From a bacterium (lineage in GTDB: Bacteria > SAR324 > XYD2-FULL-50-16 > G965216635): a stretch of 64,000 nt of DNA. The position numbers were made by a program, and so were the translations under genes. The notes below the pieces were generated by a model. The model was not told where the DNA came from and did not search any database. It saw nothing but the letters and a program-made list of their open reading frames with translations. Each line of letters begins with the position of its first letter. Position 1 is the stretch's first letter. The DNA lies in NCBI GenBank assembly GCA_965216635.1, contig OZ244188.1, forward strand, positions 1,792,001-1,856,000, given 5' to 3'. Below are positions 39,000 to 49,678 of this stretch, piece after piece.

Positions 39000-40420
39000 C
39001 TTAACTTTACCTTTTTTTTGACCTTAAGATAATTTTTAATTCCAAAATTTTTAATAAAAAACCACTTTCCTTTAAAACCAATCCTACGATAACTACGATA
39101 ATATCTATTTAAAATATTATCATAAGTATCAGGAAATTGAACTGTAAACTCTTCTACAGTTTTTTTTATGTAGTTTATTTTTTCTTTACTCGTTAATAAT
39201 TCTTGCTCCTTACAACAAAAAATTGCCTCTAAATATAAAACCAAAATTTCTTTTTTTGAAGCCTCTGATAGTTTATTAAATAACCCATCTACATATTTTT
39301 TTTCTTCTTTCCAAACAACTCTATAATCTAAACTTTTTAAAGATTTGTAATAATAAAAAATCAGTTGTTTTTTCCCTAAATCATCAATTTCTGGTAATAT
39401 TTTTTCTATGGTCTTTTTTCTCTCATAAAGACTAATATTTTTTATATTTCCATCAGCAATTGGAGTCGTACCACTAGGAGTAATTTGTTTAGTGCAAACT
39501 TTGTGAAATATAGTATTTTTATTGGTTTTAAGAACTTCTTTTTTCTCAATAAAATCGCTTATTAACGCAAAAAAATTATACTTTTTTAAGCATTTATTTC
39601 TAGCTTCTAGTATTTTTTTTTGAGATTTTTCAAAACTTTTGTTGGCAATAGTTTTTTCTATAATAGAAATAGCTTTGTCTGGATCTTTAATATCAATTTG
39701 CGACAACATTCCTTTATCAAAATATTTTTCAATATTGGGACAGCCATAATAGATAGGATAACAAAAAGAAAGAAAAGCATCCGATAGCTTTTCAGTCCAA
39801 TAGTCTTTATAAGATGAATTTTCTAGTGCAATATGATATTTATAAGGAGCTAAAGCGTCCCATTTATCTTCTACTTCGTTTACTCCTTTACCAAAAACAT
39901 CCATTTTATGACCGAAGTGATCTTTCAGCCTTGTTATAAAATCGTTTCTTGCTTTATACTCTGGTGTAAAAACATTGCTTGAAGAAATTACAGAAATTAG
40001 TTTATCTTTCTTTGGCTGTTTCAGAGAAATTAGATAGTTATAATCTTTATTGACAGCTATGCATTTGCCTTTTTTATAACTTTTACCAACAAACCAAGGT
40101 AGGCTTTGTTGATATAAAGTATTATTTTTATGTTGAATATATTTGTGGCAACTAATAATTTGTGCAAACTGATCTGTAAAAATTTTTCTATACTGGAGAA
40201 AACAAGGAGGTTCATTACTAATAAGCAGTGTGTTTTCTTTAGGGCATAATACAGTCTCTGTTTTTTTGATTGTCCCATAGACAACCCAATAATCACATTT
40301 TTTGATTTTTTTATTGATATAAAACTTGCATCTGCCCCACTCAGCTGAATTACTTGGCGTTTGTGTTTCAAGCCGTCTGTCTCCCCACTCAAAGCTAAGT
40401 TTTACTATAATTTTTTTCAT
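38996..40420 (-). CDS. GT10 (fucosyltransferase-like) glycosyltransferase, paralog A
   Basis: Same motif, same length (474 aa), tandem paralog. Confidence 0.8.
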   Translation of the reverse strand: MKKIIVKLSFEWGDRRLETQTPSNSAEWGRCKFYINKKIKKCDYWVVYGTIKKTETVLCPKENTLLISNEPPCFLQYRKIFTDQFAQIISCHKYIQHKNNTLYQQSLPWFVGKSYKKGKCIAVNKDYNYLISLKQPKKDKLISVISSSNVFTPEYKARNDFITRLKDHFGHKMDVFGKGVNEVEDKWDALAPYKYHIALENSSYKDYWTEKLSDAFLSFCYPIYYGCPNIEKYFDKGMLSQIDIKDPDKAISIIEKTIANKSFEKSQKKILEARNKCLKKYNFFALISDFIEKKEVLKTNKNTIFHKVCTKQITPSGTTPIADGNIKNISLYERKKTIEKILPEIDDLGKKQLIFYYYKSLKSLDYRVVWKEEKKYVDGLFNKLSEASKKEILVLYLEAIFCCKEQELLTSKEKINYIKKTVEEFTVQFPDTYDNILNRYYRSYRRIGFKGKWFFIKNFGIKNYLKVKKKVKLR

Positions 40421-40628
40421 TGTGATGTAGGTTGCGTGTAATCTACAGAAAAAATTATAAATGAAATTTTTAACTCGGTCAATTTTAAAAAATCGTACAT
40501 TGATAAATCTTAAAAAAGGTTATACTAATATTCAAAAAGTCGGTCACACTTATGGATTTGAATTTAGGTCACCCAAAATTTAGATTTTGCTATACTCATT
40601 AAAATTCATTTAGAATTACAAATAAAAA

Positions 40629-41402
40629 ATGAAAATTGGTATAACTGGTTCTACTGGGACGTTAGGAAAAATTCTTGTAAAGCAATTAGAAAAAGCAAAC
40701 TACCACTGTTTTAAAGGTGATATTTGCTCTAAAGATGATATTGATGCTTGGGTGAAAGCGAATAATTTTAGCGAAATAATCCACTTTGCTGCAATGGTTT
40801 CAACTAGCAAGGTAGAAAACAATCTAAGTAAAGCTTATCAAATTAATACTAGCGGTGTTAAATATTTAATAGAAGTATTGCAATCTTGTAGAAAGCAGCC
40901 GTGGTTATTTTATGCAAGCACTTCTCATGTCTATAAAAGTAAGAATACTCCCATAAACGAACTAGATGCTATTGAACCAGTATCAGAATATGGTAAAACC
41001 AAGTACGAAGCAGAAAAAATAATTTTAAAAAATTATCATAATTACTGTATCGGTAGAATTTTCAGCTTCTATCACAAAACACAAAAAATGCCTTTTTTAT
41101 ACCCTAGTATAAAACAAAGATTATTGAAAGAAAATTTAGACAAGCCATTTGTGCTGTATGGAGCTGAAAGTGTTAGAGATTTTTTAAACGCAGAAACTGT
41201 AGTAGAAATTATAGTCAATTTGATGAATAAAAAAACAACGGGGATTTATAATATTGCTTCTGGCAAAGGAGTAAAAATTAAAGATTTTGTGCAGAGTTTA
41301 TCTGAAAAACAATTAAACATAAAGGAAATGGGCTCGGCTGATTTTCTAGTTGCTGATATTAGTAAACTTCAAAATATCCTAAAAAAACAAATTTATGTCT
41401 AA
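40629..41402 (+). CDS. NAD-dependent epimerase/dehydratase (extended SDR)
   Basis: TGSTGTLG, HFAA, YGKTK, VRDF. Confidence 0.85.
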   Translation: MKIGITGSTGTLGKILVKQLEKANYHCFKGDICSKDDIDAWVKANNFSEIIHFAAMVSTSKVENNLSKAYQINTSGVKYLIEVLQSCRKQPWLFYASTSHVYKSKNTPINELDAIEPVSEYGKTKYEAEKIILKNYHNYCIGRIFSFYHKTQKMPFLYPSIKQRLLKENLDKPFVLYGAESVRDFLNAETVVEIIVNLMNKKTTGIYNIASGKGVKIKDFVQSLSEKQLNIKEMGSADFLVADISKLQNILKKQIYV

Positions 41403-42237
41403 AGTAAAAAACAAACCCAAAGTCACTATTGTGATTCCTACTTTTAACAGAAGTGAATTGCTTCAAAAAGCAATAGAATCTTCTTTAAACCAAACCTACC
41501 CTTGTGAAATTATTGTTTGCGATCATGGGAGCAGCGACAATACTCCTACACTAATGAAAAAATACAAAAATAAGATATTCTATATTAGAAAAGAAAAAGA
41601 TTTCGGTCCTCACTTTTGTTGGCTGGACGGAATTTTACAGGCAAAAACTGATTTTATTCACTTACAATTTGATGACGATTGGATTGATAAAACATATATT
41701 GAAAGATGTATGAAACTAATGCAAGATGAGGTTGGAGTAGTTATTGCGGAAGCAAGTGTATATTGGGAATCTAGCATAAGTAATAATATATTTAATTTTA
41801 AAAAAGTATTTAAAACAAGTGGTATATTTTCTAGTAAAAAACTAGAAAAATTGCTTTTAAGAGGATCAATGTATACACCAGCAGCTAGTCTATTTAGAAA
41901 AAAAGATATGCTAGATGCCTTGTATCAAGGGAATTTACCAGTATCAAAATACAGGGGTTACCATGGTGTAGGTCCAGATTCATTTTTTACGCTTTTAGCC
42001 ATCTTACGATATAAAAAGGTTGGCATTATTACTGATGCTCTCGTGGGTTTATACGCGCACGACAGTTCTATTACAATTGACGCAAAAAAAAATCCACAAA
42101 AACAGTTACAAATACAGAATGCTTATAGAAATGTTTTATTATACTATCGGTTTTTAAAATGGTATCCTATTTTTTATAAATTTTATCATGTTTTTTCTAA
42201 ATTTTATCGGTTCATTTTTTCAAAATTTAAAAAATAA
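41395..42237 (+). CDS. Glycosyltransferase family 2
   Basis: VIPTFNR, CDHGSSD, FDDD. Confidence 0.85.
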   Translation: MSKVKNKPKVTIVIPTFNRSELLQKAIESSLNQTYPCEIIVCDHGSSDNTPTLMKKYKNKIFYIRKEKDFGPHFCWLDGILQAKTDFIHLQFDDDWIDKTYIERCMKLMQDEVGVVIAEASVYWESSISNNIFNFKKVFKTSGIFSSKKLEKLLLRGSMYTPAASLFRKKDMLDALYQGNLPVSKYRGYHGVGPDSFFTLLAILRYKKVGIITDALVGLYAHDSSITIDAKKNPQKQLQIQNAYRNVLLYYRFLKWYPIFYKFYHVFSKFYRFIFSKFKK

Positions 42238-42255
42238 TAAACTTTTATAAAAAAA

Positions 42256-43443
42256 TTGATAAAAAAATTTCCACACCAGATTGGCATAGGTGGACTAGTT
42301 CTGTCTAAAAATGAAAAAAAATTAGTTAATGAAGTTTTAGATAGCAACAGATTAACCTATGGAGATAAATCTAAAGAATTTGAGCATAAATTTGCCAAAA
42401 GCCATATGTGTCAATATGGATTATTTCTTAATAGTGGCACTTCTGCACTTGAAGTTGCGTTGGCTGCTTTAAAAAACAGACATCATTGGTCTGATGGAGA
42501 TGAAGTGCTTGTGCCAGCCATAACTTTTGTGGCGACTAGCAATATAGTTTTGCACAACAAAATGAAACCAGTCTTTGTTGATGTAGAATCAGACACTTAC
42601 AATATTAATCCCGCAAAGATAGAAGAAAAAATCACCGCAAGAACCCGTGCTATTATACCCGTGCATTTATTGGGGTTACCTGCCGATATGGATCCTATTC
42701 TTAAAATAGCTAAAAATCATAATTTATCTGTAATTGAAGATTCGTGTGAAACTATGTTTGCTACCTATAACGGAAAGTCTGTAGGTAGTATGGGGGACAT
42801 AGGTTGCTTTTCAACTTATGTAGCACATATTCTAGTAACTGGTGTAGGAGGACTTGCGATCACGAACAATCCTGATTTAGCAGTTGATATGAGAAGTTTA
42901 ATGAACCACGGTAGAGATAATATTTACATAAGTTGTTCTGATGATCAATCTGTAGATAAACAACAGCTCCATGAAATTATTGATAAAAGGTTTTCTTTTA
43001 TTCATGTTGGTTATTCTTATCGCTGCACTGAACTAGAATCAGCTATAGGTTTAGGACAATTGCAACGGAGTAAAGAAATTATTAGTGCCCGATTGAAAGT
43101 TGCAGAAAAACTAAAAAAAGGACTTGAAAAACACGAAGCTCATATTCAACTCCCTTATTGCCCACAAAACCGCACTCATTCTTATATGTTGTTTGGTATA
43201 GTATTACGGGAAAAAAGCAAAACAGACCTTGTTCATTTTCTTGAATCTAGGAATATAGAAACCAGAGATATGTTACCTATTATTAACCAGCCTATCTATA
43301 AACGACTATACCGAGATTTGGAAAAAAACAATCCAGTAGCAAGCTGGATTAATAGATCTGGGTTTTACATTGGTTGCCATCCTTATATGAAAGAAGCAGA
43401 AATTGATTTCATTATAGAATCGTTTGAAGATTACTTTTCTTGA
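42256..43443 (+). CDS. DegT/DnrJ/EryC1/StrS sugar aminotransferase/dehydratase; His in place of the usual PLP Lys (STYVAHIL), ColD/RfbH-like
   Basis: NSGTSAL, IIPVHLLG, IEDSCE, FSTYVAHILVTGVGG. Confidence 0.8.
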   Translation: MIKKFPHQIGIGGLVLSKNEKKLVNEVLDSNRLTYGDKSKEFEHKFAKSHMCQYGLFLNSGTSALEVALAALKNRHHWSDGDEVLVPAITFVATSNIVLHNKMKPVFVDVESDTYNINPAKIEEKITARTRAIIPVHLLGLPADMDPILKIAKNHNLSVIEDSCETMFATYNGKSVGSMGDIGCFSTYVAHILVTGVGGLAITNNPDLAVDMRSLMNHGRDNIYISCSDDQSVDKQQLHEIIDKRFSFIHVGYSYRCTELESAIGLGQLQRSKEIISARLKVAEKLKKGLEKHEAHIQLPYCPQNRTHSYMLFGIVLREKSKTDLVHFLESRNIETRDMLPIINQPIYKRLYRDLEKNNPVASWINRSGFYIGCHPYMKEAEIDFIIESFEDYFS

Positions 43444-43478
43444 TGCTATCTTGTTTAATTTCATACTGTTCTTTTAGT

Positions 43479-44375
43479 TTAGCTTGAGTTTTTTTTTAAA
43501 ATTTTCTTGTTTCTTTTTTCAGCGATGATTTTGAGTTTTTTTTTGTAGATGGTCTTGGAATGATCTGCTATCATTTTTTTGAAAAAATTTACTATAACTA
43601 GGGCTTTCGCTCTATAAAACAAAATATTCTTTATTCTATAAAACCAATTTATAGGATATAGCAGCTGAACATTTTCATATTTTCCTTTGGGACAGTCGGT
43701 AAGATAAAGCATATTGCCACAGTGGAAATAACTAAAAAGACTAGGAGGCATTGTAGGGACAGGGTCTGCAGCATTGACTAATCTATAAATGGGAGTTTTG
43801 ATGTCCGCTATCCAGTTTTTATTTCCCACCCTAGGAGAGCCAAAAGTATAACAAGCAGAAATTCCAGCCTTATGAGATAATCTTTTGACTGCCACAGAGG
43901 CTAATGCTCCGCCTAGACTATGTCCAGTAATAAAAAGCGGTCTTTCATTAAAAAGCTTACTATCTAAAGTGTTTTGAATATCGGTTGCGACTTGTTCAAA
44001 GGCTTGGCTAAAACCTGCGTGAACCTTGCCTTTTGTTTTGCAAGGAGTTAAATTGGCTTTTAGGTCTGTTTTTATATCTTTGATGCTGTCTGTTTCTGTT
44101 CCTCTAAAAGCTAAAACAAGAAAATCTTTGTTAGAAACTAAAACCGCCTGTGTATCGTTTTTATCATAAGTTTTTTCTAGTTTCATTTTTAAAAATTCTA
44201 TGCGGCTTTTTAAATTTTCTTTTTTTTGAAAATCCATATACGCCAATTCCGATAAAGACGCCATAAGCCAAGCGGTTCTATCGCTGTAGTCTTTTCTATA
44301 GGTTGGTAATTTTTTATCTAGTAGCTTATGAATTTCATCTGCTTTTTTTTTTGAACTTGCAAATATATTAGACAT
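43479..44375 (-). CDS. Lipase class 3 family protein
   Basis: LAFRGT, VHAGF, TGHSLGGALA, TFGSPRVG, DPVP. Confidence 0.88.
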   Translation of the reverse strand: MSNIFASSKKKADEIHKLLDKKLPTYRKDYSDRTAWLMASLSELAYMDFQKKENLKSRIEFLKMKLEKTYDKNDTQAVLVSNKDFLVLAFRGTETDSIKDIKTDLKANLTPCKTKGKVHAGFSQAFEQVATDIQNTLDSKLFNERPLFITGHSLGGALASVAVKRLSHKAGISACYTFGSPRVGNKNWIADIKTPIYRLVNAADPVPTMPPSLFSYFHCGNMLYLTDCPKGKYENVQLLYPINWFYRIKNILFYRAKALVIVNFFKKMIADHSKTIYKKKLKIIAEKRNKKILKKNSS

Positions 44376-44452
44376 TTTTTTATTCTGTTATTATTGTTAA
44401 TATAAAATTAAATTTTAGAGCATCCCAATTCTTCTATCTACACAAAAAAAAT

Positions 44453-44623
44453 ATGAGTATACCAGTAATTATAATCCATAAAGGGCGTAACCGATATGTC
44501 CAAGTTGCTATCAACCAAGCTAAATTTTTTGATAACGATGTGATAATTATTTCTGATAAGTCTTTTAGGAATTGCCGAAATTTCAATGTCAAACATTTAA
44601 AATGTATAAATACGGTGTTGTAG
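44453..44623 (+). pseudogene. Probable truncated N-terminus of a glycan-biosynthesis gene
   Basis: MSIPVIIIHKGRNRYVQVAINQAKFFDNDVIIISD... stops after 56 aa. Confidence 0.4.
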
Positions 44624-44676
44624 CTATTTTGTTATGGGAGGCAATTCAATTTTTTTACTCTAAATTATTTTAAAAA

Positions 44677-46050
44677 ATGAAAAACAAGCAAAAAATTAAT
44701 ATTTCTGAAATCCAATTTTTGGGCTCTTCTTTAGACCAGTTAGGTAGAGTGTTTACCTATCAAGGAAAAATATATCGAGCTGTTTATGAAAATAGAAAAT
44801 TATTTTGCAAAAAGTTATTTAGTAGTGGTTTGATCTATGAGTTAATAACAAAGAAATTGCTTGTTGATTCAAAGATATCAAATTATTCAATAGAAACCAA
44901 CTCTATAGTTTTAGAACACAAAAAAATCAATATCTCAAATCCCTCTGAATGGAGTTTTTCTATGTTGAGAGATATAGCTATATCTATTTTAGAAATCAAT
45001 AATATCTGCAATAAATATGGATATGAATTGCACGATGGCCATCCTTGGAATATAACTTTTAATAATAATCAACCAATTTTTTTTGATTTTGGAAGTATCG
45101 TTGAAAAAAGTAATAGAAAAAATTGGATCGCTATAGAAGAATTTATTAATACAGTTATATGCCCATTGTTTTTTTACGGAAAAAAAGAGTATTTTATTGC
45201 AATAAAACTTTTAGAAAATCCATCCACTTGTAGATTGCATTTACTGCCACCACAAACAACAACCGATAGTTATTTATTTAGAAAATTTCGTCAAATGATT
45301 GCAACAAAATCAGTTGGTCTGTTTTTGATAAATATATTCTTGAGAAAAAAATTAATTTACTATTTCTATAAAAAACTTAATAAAAGTTATATTGAAAAAA
45401 ATTTTCATAATAATTTTAAAAAAACAGATTGGTCTAATTATCAAAACATAGATTTAATAGAAAAAGAGAATAAGAATCTTTTTAAAAGGTTTCATTATGT
45501 AGTTGATATAATCAACAAGATTCAAAATGTAGATACAATTATTGATCTTGCTGGAAATAGTGGTGTGATGTCTTTGTTTCTAGCAAAAAAATGTAGTTTT
45601 AAAAAAATAATTAATACTGATTATGATCTTTCTGCTATTGATGCTGGATATAATTTTTTTAAAAAAAACACTCAATATAGTGTTGGAAATTATCTATTAA
45701 ATTTTATGGCTCCAATACGAAAAGATGTTTATAAAGATTTTAAATCTGATATTGTAATTGCTTTAGCAATAACACACCATTTATTATTGACACAAGGATT
45801 TGCTATTGATGATGTTTTACAAGAAATCAAAGACTATTCTGAGCAATATGTTTTTATTGAGTTTATGCCATTAGGTTTATGGGCTACTGGACAACAAGAA
45901 GTCAAAGTTCCAGAATGGTATAATATTGATTGGTTTAGAGAAAATTTTAAAAAGAAGTTCAAATTAAAAATCGAAAAAACAATAGAATCACAAAATATAA
46001 AAGGTGTCGTTCAACCACATAGGGTGTTGTTCGTTGGAAAAGTAAATTAA
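44677..46050 (+). CDS. NoeA-like protein (kinase-like N-terminus + SAM methyltransferase-like C-terminus)
   Basis: EWSFSMLRD, DGHPWNI..PIFFDFGS, IDLAGNSG, ALAITHHL, IEF. Confidence 0.6.
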   Translation: MKNKQKINISEIQFLGSSLDQLGRVFTYQGKIYRAVYENRKLFCKKLFSSGLIYELITKKLLVDSKISNYSIETNSIVLEHKKINISNPSEWSFSMLRDIAISILEINNICNKYGYELHDGHPWNITFNNNQPIFFDFGSIVEKSNRKNWIAIEEFINTVICPLFFYGKKEYFIAIKLLENPSTCRLHLLPPQTTTDSYLFRKFRQMIATKSVGLFLINIFLRKKLIYYFYKKLNKSYIEKNFHNNFKKTDWSNYQNIDLIEKENKNLFKRFHYVVDIINKIQNVDTIIDLAGNSGVMSLFLAKKCSFKKIINTDYDLSAIDAGYNFFKKNTQYSVGNYLLNFMAPIRKDVYKDFKSDIVIALAITHHLLLTQGFAIDDVLQEIKDYSEQYVFIEFMPLGLWATGQQEVKVPEWYNIDWFRENFKKKFKLKIEKTIESQNIKGVVQPHRVLFVGKVN

Positions 46051-46149
46051 TGGAGATTTTCTGAATGGATACAAACAAAATGCTAGTGTAAATTTCTCAG
46101 TATAATTTTTAAAGTAGACACAGAAAAAATGCCTAAAATAAACTACATA

Positions 46150-47640
46150 GGCGTCCCTTAAAAAGTCTAAAATTACTAAAAAGTGATAGATTTTCTAAAA
46201 ATATAGCTTAAAAAGAACCTTCTTTTTAACAACAATAATAGCTCATACGCTATTATCCATTTCCTTATGTTCCAAGCAGATGCTGCTAGCAATAAATTTA
46301 TCTCATCTCCTAGATATCCTTTAAGGTAATTTCTGCATAATCTGAAATTCTTCTTTAAATGTCCTATCATAGGCTCTATTGCCGCTCGTCTTTTGTATAA
46401 GGCTCTTTTCTTCGCTTTTTGATAATAACTATCTTGTTTTTTTGCTCTATTCGGTATCAGTATCTCTGTTTGTCCTACTTGCCTTTTTCCTCTATACCCT
46501 CTATCACAGATAGCTGTTTTTATCGGTTGCTTTCTATTTTGTCCTGCTACTTCTAATACTTCCTTTAACGTCTTGCTATCGTGGATATTTTTATCATGAC
46601 TTACTAACGCTACGATTATCCCACTCTTCTTTGTTTCTACTACGCTTGCCTTTGTTCCATACTCATACTTCTTATGCTCTTTTCCTTTACTCATACAATA
46701 GATATGTGGCTCGTGTAGGGAATATATCTTATCCTTATCTTGTTTCTTTTGCAATAATACTCTACGATACAATCTAAATTGCTCCTCGTATCTTGCTAAT
46801 TGCTCTTTGGGTAGCTTTCGCTCTAACTCTCTTATCTGTCTTGCTCCTAGTATTCTTAAATGCTTCGTTGCTTTTTTTGCTTTAGCTCTCTTGGATACAT
46901 TCTTAAAATACCTTAAACTCATTCTTGCTTCTTTCACTTCTTTTCCATAAGTGCGTCTTTGTTGGATATTATGCGCCTTGGCTATCTTATTGGCATTGTG
47001 AATTATTTTTATCGCTAATTTAGCATCTGTAGGATAACTGATATTCTTCTCCTGCACTGTGCTATCTATTATTACTTCCTTCTCTTCTGCTTCTTTACCA
47101 TGTAGTCGCACAGTTTCTTTAAAGATTAACTCAATCCCTGCTTTTCCTATCCGATTTCTAAAATGCACTAATTCGCTAGCATCACAAGGACAACAGGACT
47201 CGTATTTCGGATAACCACAAAAGTATTGATAGTATGGATTTCTTTTAAACTGCAACACTATCCTCTCATCACTTAAATCTTCCAATTGTTTCAGCATCAA
47301 TAAACCTACCATTAAGCGAATAGGTTTAGCTGGACGACCTTTATCTTTTGAATAATAATGCTCAAAAGCCGTATCAAACACTTTCCAATCTATAACATAA
47401 CTGAGCTGTATTAAAGGATCTTTAGCGTCTAATTGGTGCAAAAGATCGTTGTAGAACAGATTCTGTCTTCTGTCCTTTAGTTTTGTTTTGGTTAACATTA
47501 TGGATTTTATCTGTTAATATTGAATTGAGAAAAACAACCAGAGAACAAGCCTATAGTTTCAAAAACTGGTTGTTTTATAACTAGATTTTAGTCTTTCTTT
47601 CTAGTATTTTCAAGAGAATAATGACTTTTTAAGGGACGAC
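46150..47640 (-). mobile_element. IS5-family insertion sequence
   Basis: Terminal IRs ggcgtcccttaaaaagtc (46150) / gactttttaagggacgac (ends 47640). Confidence 0.88.
46176..47498 (-). CDS. IS5-family DDE transposase
   Basis: GRPAKPIRLMVGLL, NPYYQYFCG, IDSTVQEKN, DRGYRG, RAAIEPMIGHLK. Confidence 0.93.
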   Translation of the reverse strand: MLTKTKLKDRRQNLFYNDLLHQLDAKDPLIQLSYVIDWKVFDTAFEHYYSKDKGRPAKPIRLMVGLLMLKQLEDLSDERIVLQFKRNPYYQYFCGYPKYESCCPCDASELVHFRNRIGKAGIELIFKETVRLHGKEAEEKEVIIDSTVQEKNISYPTDAKLAIKIIHNANKIAKAHNIQQRRTYGKEVKEARMSLRYFKNVSKRAKAKKATKHLRILGARQIRELERKLPKEQLARYEEQFRLYRRVLLQKKQDKDKIYSLHEPHIYCMSKGKEHKKYEYGTKASVVETKKSGIIVALVSHDKNIHDSKTLKEVLEVAGQNRKQPIKTAICDRGYRGKRQVGQTEILIPNRAKKQDSYYQKAKKRALYKRRAAIEPMIGHLKKNFRLCRNYLKGYLGDEINLLLAASAWNIRKWIIAYELLLLLKRRFFLSYIFRKSITF

Positions 47641-47856
47641 CGATTAAAAGGGATGCAAAAAAACTAAACTTTAAAAAGTTTTTCATAGGTATAGCTTTGG
47701 AATTGCTTCTTACTAGTCTTTTTTCAATAAAATCACAATATCTTTTTATTGCTTTTTTATTGTTTTTGTATTAGGCATAATAATATTTAGATTTTTTTAA
47801 AACCTTTATTGAACGATAACTTTCTTTTATTCAACAATAACTTTCTTAAAACTATT

Positions 47857-49620
47857 ATGAAAAAAATAATTTATTTTGTTTTATTCTTTTTAATCTTAGT
47901 TTTTATTTCTGCTTGTGAAAAAAAAACCACTTCTACAATAGATATATCTAAAATAGATGTTCGTGCCCGTGGTGAAAGTGGAGAAACAATACTACACCGA
48001 GTCGCAAAAGATAGCTCAAATCCCAATGATATTACAGATCTGATTCAAGCAGGAGCAGATGTGAATGCAAAAGATAAATACGGTGAGACTCCTTTGCATA
48101 AATCAGCAAGGTATAATATAAATCTTAATGTTATTACTACTTTAATTAAAGCAGGCGCTAATGTAAACTCAGCAGATAAGACTGGCACCACGCCTTTACA
48201 TTTTGCAGCATTTTACAATAACAATCCTAAAATTATTACTACTCTTATTAAAGCAGGGGCTAATGTAGACGCAAAAGATAATTTTTTTTCATCTTTAGGA
48301 AAAAAAGCAAGGTATTTTTTAGATGCTACCCCACTGCATCTTGCTGTGTATAATAATCAAAATCCTAAAATCATCACTACTCTTATTAAAGCAGGAGCAG
48401 ATGTAAGTGCAAATGACGGTGGTGGTAATACTCCACTACATTTTGCTGCATTTTACAATAAAAATCCTAAAATCATCACTACTCTTATCAAAGCAGGAGC
48501 AGATGTGAATGCATTGAATGAAATCTTTGTAGCAAAAATATTTAATAATTATAACTATGATTTTTTATATGGGGCAACACCATTGCATCTTGCTACATAT
48601 ACTAATAGTAGTCTTAAAATCATTACTACTCTTATCAAAGCAGGGGCTGATGTAAATGTATTTGATAAAGATTCTGAGAATAATGGAACTAAACCTCCTT
48701 CAAACCAAAAAACAGCTCTACATTATGTAGCAGAAAAATCATCAAATCCTGAAGTTATTTCTATTCTTATAAAAGCAGGAGCAAATGTGAATGCATTAGA
48801 TAAATATAAACAAACACCATTACATATAGCAGTAGGACAAAATAAGAGTGCTGTAGCAAGTGAAATTATTAAAATTTTACTTCAAGTAGGGGCTGATATA
48901 AAAGCTCTTACAAGTAGCGGTAGTACTCCTTTAGATTATGCGGCAAGCAGTAGGAATTTAAGTATCTTTAATTTTTTACTTCAAGCAGGGGCTGATATAA
49001 ATCAGCCGAGTTTTGGTAGCACACTTTTACACGCAGCAGCATTCAACCCAGACTTGGATATTTTAAAAAAATTACTCAAAGAAGGATTAGATGTAAATGC
49101 TCGCACTGATTTTAGAGGAGAAACTCCATTGCATTACTCAGTGAGTAACTTTAACTCGGATAAAGCTGTTGCCATTTTAGTTCAAGCAGGTGCTGATATC
49201 AACGCAAAAGATAGAAATGGAGATACACCGCTACACCATGCAACGACTGCTGGTGCAGTCGGTAATTATTCTCATACTTATCAATTCCAATCCGTAAAAG
49301 ATTTTCAAATTCAATCCATCAAAGCTTTAATCAAAGCAGGAGCTGATGTGAATGCAAGAAATAAAGATTGGGAAGACACACCACTACATCATGTATTTAG
49401 TAATGAAAGCCATATTGGCATTGAAGGAATCAAAGTTTTACTTCAGGCTGGGGCAGATATAAATGCTAAGAATTCTAATGGTAATACTCCTTTACATATC
49501 GCAGGAACTTATGTATATAAAAAAATCTTTAATTTTCTTATCCAAGCAGGAGCAGATATAAATATAAAAAACAAATCTGGAGAGAAACCCTATTTACGAG
49601 ACCAGCGACCGTCAATATAA
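47857..49620 (+). CDS. Ankyrin-repeat lipoprotein (ATG 47857 preferred)
   Basis: MKKIIYF...FISAC lipobox; roughly 14 TPLH..A / LIKAGADVNA repeats. Confidence 0.9.
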   Translation: MKKIIYFVLFFLILVFISACEKKTTSTIDISKIDVRARGESGETILHRVAKDSSNPNDITDLIQAGADVNAKDKYGETPLHKSARYNINLNVITTLIKAGANVNSADKTGTTPLHFAAFYNNNPKIITTLIKAGANVDAKDNFFSSLGKKARYFLDATPLHLAVYNNQNPKIITTLIKAGADVSANDGGGNTPLHFAAFYNKNPKIITTLIKAGADVNALNEIFVAKIFNNYNYDFLYGATPLHLATYTNSSLKIITTLIKAGADVNVFDKDSENNGTKPPSNQKTALHYVAEKSSNPEVISILIKAGANVNALDKYKQTPLHIAVGQNKSAVASEIIKILLQVGADIKALTSSGSTPLDYAASSRNLSIFNFLLQAGADINQPSFGSTLLHAAAFNPDLDILKKLLKEGLDVNARTDFRGETPLHYSVSNFNSDKAVAILVQAGADINAKDRNGDTPLHHATTAGAVGNYSHTYQFQSVKDFQIQSIKALIKAGADVNARNKDWEDTPLHHVFSNESHIGIEGIKVLLQAGADINAKNSNGNTPLHIAGTYVYKKIFNFLIQAGADINIKNKSGEKPYLRDQRPSI

Positions 49621-49678
49621 TTTTCAAACTATCTTGGTTTTAGACTAGCAGAAATGATTTCAAAAATTCTAATCTATC

